A stretch of DNA of 64,000 bases from an uncultured Selenomonadaceae bacterium (GTDB lineage Bacteria > Bacillota > Negativicutes > Selenomonadales > Selenomonadaceae), in the NCBI GenBank assembly GCA_964520975.1, contig CAZFPA010000001.1, positions 30,425 to 94,424 on the forward strand, in the 5' to 3' direction. Within the stretch, counting starts at the first letter, position 1; each line of letters starts with the position of its first letter. A program made the translations under genes and the position numbers. The notes beneath the pieces are model-generated. The model worked only from the letters and a program-made list of their open reading frames with translations, ran no database searches and was not told the DNA's origin. Positions 59,326 to 64,000 of this stretch are shown here, in pieces.

Positions 59326-59541
59326 AATAAAAAACTTCCGCCCCATAAAGGGGCGAAAGTCTGTTTTCGCGGTACCACCCTAATTGATACTCTACAGCCA
59401 TAACGCGGCCAAACGTTCCGACTACATCTCTTCACCGAAAGGCTCCGAAGTGAACTTCAGCCGCCCCGCTCTGTTCCCGCTTCCAGTCCAGGCGGAAATC
59501 CCTGTACAGCGCGCAAGTGCCTACTCTCTTCATCATTGCTT
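59326..59541 (-). promoter_or_regulatory. T-box leader (Phe specifier UUC) with terminator
   Basis: The minus-strand read has stem I TGATGAAGAGAGTAGG, the candidate specifier GAAG-UUC-A, the T-box AATTAGGGTGGTACCGCG, and the terminator cgcccc-ttta-ggggcg plus a U-run at 59326-59357. Confidence 0.88.
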
Positions 59542-59547
59542 TGGTCT

Positions 59548-59577
59548 ATAATAACACGATTACACGCGTGCGGTCAA
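59548..59577 (-). promoter_or_regulatory. candidate sigma70 promoter for the T-box-pheST transcript
   Basis: TTGACC (59572-59577), 18 nt, TATTAT (59548-59553), preceded by TGt (extended -10). Confidence 0.6.
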
Positions 59578-59589
59578 GGATTTAGCCGC

Positions 59590-62364
59590 CTATAAGCTTT
59601 GCAGGAGTTGCTGCTCCAGGATCTGCATCATCCGCTCGACATCAATGGGCTTGGCAATATGCGTATTCATCCCCGCATCGAGACATTGCCGCACATCATC
59701 CGCAAAGGCATCTGCTGTCATGGCAACAATCGGTACCCGTACCGCGTCCGGACGGGGCAGGGACCGGATCTGCCTCGCCGCCGTATAACCATCCATGATC
59801 GGCATGCGCAGATCCATCAAAATCACGGAAAAAAAGTCCAAAGTCGAAGCAGCAAAAGTCTTTACCCCCTCCTGCCCGTCGGAACAGACAACTACCTGCA
59901 TACCCTGCTGTTCCAACAAGGTCTGCACAATTTCCTGGTTCAGGGGATGATCCTCGCACAGCAGCACCCGGCACCCGGCAAACAGTTCCTGCCGCTGCAA
60001 CGGTTCCACGATAGCCGCCCGTTTCGCCCCTGGTGCATATGGCACGCACGCAAACTCCGCCCGCAGGCAGAATTCCGTTCCCTGCCCCGGTTCACTGCTG
60101 ACCTCGACGGTCCCGCCCATAAGCTCAATGAGCCGTTTGACAATAGATAGACCGAGTCCTGTCCCCTGCGGAATATACTTGCCTGTCTGCGCCTGTACAA
60201 ATGGTTCAAAAATCCGTTGCTGCAATTCCTTTGCTATACCAATGCCCGTATCGCGCACAGCGCCCTCGACCCACATGCGGTTTTTACCGCACATGCGCTC
60301 CCGCAGACGATAAGTAATCGTTCCACCAGCCGATGTAAACTTCACAGCATTGGAAAACAAATTGAAGAAAATCTGATTGATCCGCAAAATATCTATACAG
60401 GGAACCATATCATCGACTACCTCTGCATCAATGACCAGTCTGAGCTGTTTGGCCTCACAAAGCGGCCGCACAATGGCCTCGATATACTCCACAAAACAGC
60501 TGGGAAAATAAGGCTCCGGGTGCAGTTCTATTTTACCGCTTTCAGCCTTGGCCATATCCAGGACATCGTTGACCAGTCCCAGCAAAAATTTTGAGGAAGT
60601 ATCTATTTTCCCCAGATAATCTGCTGTCTTCGACGGATTTTTCTGCTGCCGGGCCAAATACGTCATACCTATGATTCCATTCAACGGAGTGCGAATATCA
60701 TGACTCATGCGGGAAAGGAATTCCGACTTGGCCCCATTGGCCTGCTGCGCGGTCAGCAATGCCTGCTGCAGCGCCTTCTCCTTGGCCAGCAGCTGTTTTT
60801 GCACGGCCGTGAAATCCGTCCGCACCATGGCAATGAGCTTACTTTCCCGATCGATATAAAAATATTCAATGCGCTTATTCCGCAGCTCTCCCTGCTCCAT
60901 AATGCCAAAGGAGGCCGAATAATGCGCCCCCGCGTCCAGAGCCTTCACTACATTGGCCAGGCACATGAAACTCACGCAGGCCTCCTGCTCTGCCGGAATG
61001 ATGTATTTCTTCACATAGTCTGCTACCGTCTTGTCATAGTCAGGACTATCATGCAGATCCTCCCGATCCGGGCTTGTCCCGCTTGCCAGTATGCGCATGC
61101 TCGAATTCTTATTGGCATTGATACAGAAAATATAATCATACTGCCGCACAATCACGCGATCCAGCACAGCCTCAATGACCTTTGTCCGTGTAATGTCACG
61201 AACCGCACTGAAGGATATGATATCACCACTCTCCGGATGCTGCAGCAGACGAAGGGCACTCTGCACCCAGCGGATATCTCCCTGGGCTGTAAAGAGCTGA
61301 TAGACCTGCGTCAACTTTCTGCGCCCCTCTTTATAAGCCCGCAGCAGATATTCCCGGGAAAAGAACAACCGGCAGCGCCGCCGATCCCTGTCCCGTGGCA
61401 TAGATGTGAGCAGGGCCTGCACCGACGCATCATAATCCGTTGTCTGCCAGACATGCGGCAGTGGCTGCGTCCCCCGCACAATCTCTACCTGATTCCGCGT
61501 AAGATTAGCCCGGCGAACAGCTGAATAGGTATCGGCCACGCTGTCCAAAAAATCCTGAGCGGCCCGATACTCCTGCTGCAGCAGCTGTTCCTGATGCTTC
61601 AACGCATCAATGTCCGTATACTGTGCATAAAGATAGAGCTGCGCTCCAAAATGAAACGGATAAAACTTGACACTCACCCACTTATACGGTCCCCGCTTGG
61701 TCATAATACGGTAAACCGCCTGAAACGGCATCCCTGTCTCCAGCTGCGCCGTCACTTTATTGCGAAGCTGCTGCACATCCTCCGGATAGACCCCGGCATA
61801 GGCACTCCCCTGAAAAATCGGATGCTCCTGACTATAGCCTGTCATACAGCAAAACTCATCGGAGTACCGTTCAATCAGCGCCACACCATCCGAACGAATA
61901 CGGAACAGCATGGCATTGGCCGGCAGATGATTGATGATATCCAGCAGCGCCTGATCCATGTTTTCCGTCAGCTCTGCTGCATTCCGCTGGGCCTCGACCA
62001 AATCCGTAATATCCATTTCCACCATATCATAAATCCAGCCATCACCGGATGGCTCACGCGCATAGGCATTGAGCTGCATCTCACAGCATTTTCCATCGCC
62101 GCGGCGGGAGGGATACACGATGCAGAAATCCTCCCCGCGACTTCCTTCATCCTCTAAGAGTCCTTGAATATAAGCTGCACTATCCGCACTGATTTCCCGA
62201 CGGATACGCGCCAGGATTCCTCCCTGATAGGAATCAGCGGAAGTGCCAAAAAATTCAAACATCTTTACTGGCGGTTCCACTATGTAGGCCTCACCATTCT
62301 TGATAAGGCAGCGGCAAATGAAGCTTTGAATCGGTTTTCTGCGAAATCCTGACGGCATCGTCAT
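59590..62364 (-). CDS. hybrid sensor histidine kinase / response regulator (cytoplasmic, PAS-like N-terminal region)
   Basis: H-box FLSRMSHDIRTPLNGIIGM, HATPase N/G boxes (NAVKFT, DTGIGI, GTGLGLSIV), and a C-terminal REC domain (LLCEDHPLNQ...DLRMPIMDGY). I see no TM segments. The ATG at 62364 follows GAGGGGGGA. The ORF maximum at 62505 reads through repeat copy 4. Confidence 0.88.
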   Translation of the reverse strand: MTMPSGFRRKPIQSFICRCLIKNGEAYIVEPPVKMFEFFGTSADSYQGGILARIRREISADSAAYIQGLLEDEGSRGEDFCIVYPSRRGDGKCCEMQLNAYAREPSGDGWIYDMVEMDITDLVEAQRNAAELTENMDQALLDIINHLPANAMLFRIRSDGVALIERYSDEFCCMTGYSQEHPIFQGSAYAGVYPEDVQQLRNKVTAQLETGMPFQAVYRIMTKRGPYKWVSVKFYPFHFGAQLYLYAQYTDIDALKHQEQLLQQEYRAAQDFLDSVADTYSAVRRANLTRNQVEIVRGTQPLPHVWQTTDYDASVQALLTSMPRDRDRRRCRLFFSREYLLRAYKEGRRKLTQVYQLFTAQGDIRWVQSALRLLQHPESGDIISFSAVRDITRTKVIEAVLDRVIVRQYDYIFCINANKNSSMRILASGTSPDREDLHDSPDYDKTVADYVKKYIIPAEQEACVSFMCLANVVKALDAGAHYSASFGIMEQGELRNKRIEYFYIDRESKLIAMVRTDFTAVQKQLLAKEKALQQALLTAQQANGAKSEFLSRMSHDIRTPLNGIIGMTYLARQQKNPSKTADYLGKIDTSSKFLLGLVNDVLDMAKAESGKIELHPEPYFPSCFVEYIEAIVRPLCEAKQLRLVIDAEVVDDMVPCIDILRINQIFFNLFSNAVKFTSAGGTITYRLRERMCGKNRMWVEGAVRDTGIGIAKELQQRIFEPFVQAQTGKYIPQGTGLGLSIVKRLIELMGGTVEVSSEPGQGTEFCLRAEFACVPYAPGAKRAAIVEPLQRQELFAGCRVLLCEDHPLNQEIVQTLLEQQGMQVVVCSDGQEGVKTFAASTLDFFSVILMDLRMPIMDGYTAARQIRSLPRPDAVRVPIVAMTADAFADDVRQCLDAGMNTHIAKPIDVERMMQILEQQLLQSL

Positions 62365-62396
62365 CGATCTTCCCCCCCTCAAACACTCTATTTTAA

Positions 62397-62575
62397 TTAT
62401 AACGCCATTGTTCAAGATTTCGCAATGCGAAATCCTTCCAAACAGCGTTTCAACGAGGCGTGGGATATCCGTCTCATGTCTGTTATTTCTGCTCACGCTC
62501 ACCACCTGCAGCGATGTCGGGCATCTTGTTCCGAGTTATAACGCCATTGTTCAAGATTTCGCAATGCGAAATCCT
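62397..62575. repeat. dispersed intergenic repeat, copy 4 (about 1.3 units, period 139 bp; best preserved)
   Basis: A-box TTATAACGCCATTGTTCAAGATTTCGCAATGCGAAATCCT occurs at 62397 and 62536. The perfect 19-bp palindrome GATTTCGCAATGCGAAATC is at 62416-62434 and 62555-62573. Confidence 0.88.
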
Positions 62576-62611
62576 GGCAGGCGGTATTCCATAGTTTTCT
62601 TATATGTTTAA

Positions 62612-62640
62612 TTGACAAACTTTTGTTTTTCCTGTATAGT
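62612..62640 (+). promoter_or_regulatory. candidate sigma70 promoter for the symporter gene
   Basis: TTGACA (62612-62617), 17 nt, TATAGT (62635-62640). Confidence 0.65.
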
Positions 62641-62699
62641 AGGCACATAATCATTCTACAGCTGCTCACAGCCAGCTTTCACCTTAAGGAGGTCTTTTC

Positions 62700-64000
62700 A
62701 TGGTCATCGTAAATGTACTCATCGTATTCGCTTTATTCATCGGACTCTACACCCTGGAAAAAAAGCAGGTCTCCTTCGGCAAGCGCATCCTCATCGCGCT
62801 CTTTGCCGGCATCCTGCTCGGCACCGGCTATCAGTTTGCTTATGGTGCCGGCTCCAGTGTCATCCGGGATACCATTTCCTGGCTGAACATACCGGCCAAC
62901 GGCTATATCCGCCTCTTAAAGCTCATCGTCACGCCGCTGGTACTCACCTCAATCATTTCCTCCATCCTGCAGCTCAAGGACCTTCGCTCCTTCCGCACAA
63001 CGGGACTGCTCATCGTCGGAATCCTGCTTTTCACCACAGTCATCGCAGCTTCCATCGGCGCCGGCTCCGCTCTTGGCTATGGACTATCTGCGGAAGGCAT
63101 GCCGACAGGCGACGCTGAGCTGGGGGCTTCACAGAAGATCGAGACAAAGCTTGACAGTTTCCAGGCCAAAAGTATCCAGGAACAGCTCACGGAAATCATC
63201 CCGACGAACGTATTCTACGCCCTCACCGGACAGGGCAGCTCAGATACCCTTTCCGTCGTATTTCTTGCCGTCCTCATCGGCATCAGCATTCTGAGAATCC
63301 GTCAATACAAGCCGGAAACAGCAGAACTTTTGAGCAAAGCTATCCTTGCCCTGCAGGATATCGTCATGGAGGTCGTCGATTTCATTCTGCGCATCACCCC
63401 CTACAGCATTCTTGCACTCATCACCAAATTCATTGCCATGAGCAGCCTGGACAGCATTCTGAAGCTCATCACCTTTGTTGTCGCCTCCTATACAGCAATT
63501 CTGCTGATGTTTGCCGTACACCTGCTGCTGCTCAGCCTGGCACGCTATAATCCACTCCATTATGTACAGAAAGCCTTCCCCACACTTTCCTTCGCCTTCA
63601 TGTCCCGCACCAGCGCAGGGACACTTCCCCTTACCGTGCGCACACTGGAAAAGGATCTGGGGGTATCCGGGGGTATCGCCAATCTGTCCGCCTCTTTCGG
63701 CATCAGCATAGGGCAGAACGGCTGCGCCGGCGTCTATCCCGCTATGCTGGCCGTCATGATTGCTCCGACGGTTGGCATTGATCCCTTTACACTGCCCTTC
63801 CTGCTGAAACTCGTCATCGTGACCGCCCTCGGCTCGCTCGGCATTGCCGGTGTGGGCGGCGGTGCAACCTTCGCCGCCATTGTGGTCCTCTCAACTATGG
63901 GACTGCCGGTAGGCCTCGTCGGTCTGCTCATCGCAATCGAACCGCTCATCGATATGGGCCGCACCGCGTTAAATGTCAGCGATGCTATGGTTACCGCCCT
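62700..64000 (+). CDS. dicarboxylate/amino acid:cation symporter family protein (TcyP/YhcL-like), 3' end outside the window
   Basis: My own translation from the ATG at 62700 (AAGGAGG 7 nt upstream) stays open to the window end. It contains FMSRTSAGTLPLTVR, GQNGCAGVYPAM, GIAGVGGGATFAA and IDMGRTALNVSDAM, all typical of the DAACS family. The ORF track missed it because no stop codon falls within the window. Confidence 0.85.
   Translation, partial: MVIVNVLIVFALFIGLYTLEKKQVSFGKRILIALFAGILLGTGYQFAYGAGSSVIRDTISWLNIPANGYIRLLKLIVTPLVLTSIISSILQLKDLRSFRTTGLLIVGILLFTTVIAASIGAGSALGYGLSAEGMPTGDAELGASQKIETKLDSFQAKSIQEQLTEIIPTNVFYALTGQGSSDTLSVVFLAVLIGISILRIRQYKPETAELLSKAILALQDIVMEVVDFILRITPYSILALITKFIAMSSLDSILKLITFVVASYTAILLMFAVHLLLLSLARYNPLHYVQKAFPTLSFAFMSRTSAGTLPLTVRTLEKDLGVSGGIANLSASFGISIGQNGCAGVYPAMLAVMIAPTVGIDPFTLPFLLKLVIVTALGSLGIAGVGGGATFAAIVVLSTMGLPVGLVGLLIAIEPLIDMGRTALNVSDAMVTA

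Noticed and set aside
62365-62505. N-terminal extension of the hybrid kinase ORF (47 codons), and the 60-aa ORF at 54167-54349 with a similar GRIS.CEILNNGVII peptide
   Set aside because: The peptide similarity comes from translating the DNA repeat. There is no SD at the ORF maxima, while good SD and ATG pairs exist downstream of the repeat.
62440-62530. Short ORFs inside the repeat read on the minus strand (MPDIAAGGEREQK in copy 4, MAPAAGGGERK in copy 3, and longer unrelated peptides in copies 1 and 2)
   Set aside because: The ATG is conserved, but no SD precedes it. Frame and length differ between copies and the peptide sequences are not conserved.

Overview
This 64 kb window is mostly core, housekeeping chromosome from a Bacillota-type genome of about 55% GC. 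The gene order suggests a Selenomonadales-like Negativicute, but I cannot verify that. About 60 of about 64 genes lie on the minus strand. Conserved blocks include aroQ-papA-efp, mltG-trmR-trhP, ruvX/ireB, asd-dapB, recG, lctP, pckA, thrC, nadE, an amino-acid ABC operon, pepD, typA, metK, coaBC-rpoZ-gmk-remA-yicC, dapF and rqcH. A division cluster follows (pgeF-ylmE-sepF-proC-ylmH-divIVA-lspA-rluD-pyrR), then nrdR flanked by two radical-SAM genes, rodZ and pheST-zapA. I found no rRNA, tRNA, CRISPR array, transposase, phage or recognisable defence genes. Three known cis-regulatory RNAs are readable directly: a lysine riboswitch before dapB-asd, a SAM-I riboswitch before metK, and a Phe T-box before pheST. 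The one structure that standard annotation does not explain is a dispersed intergenic repeat of about 110-180 bp at four loci (about 5.46, 54.2, 55.3 and 62.4 kb). All copies share one orientation. The repeat carries a palindrome maintained by compensatory changes and a sigma70-like -35/-10 module facing the downstream minus-strand gene. It also inflates several ORF calls. Smaller points are a duplicated MarR promoter/operator driving an HlyD/ABC-2/Usp operon with no ATPase gene, a second SepF paralogue, an orphan P-II gene, an orphan cytoplasmic hybrid histidine kinase, and a terminator-like leader before the ABC operon. Nothing here is compelling evidence for a new multi-gene system, and the repeat family is the best lead.
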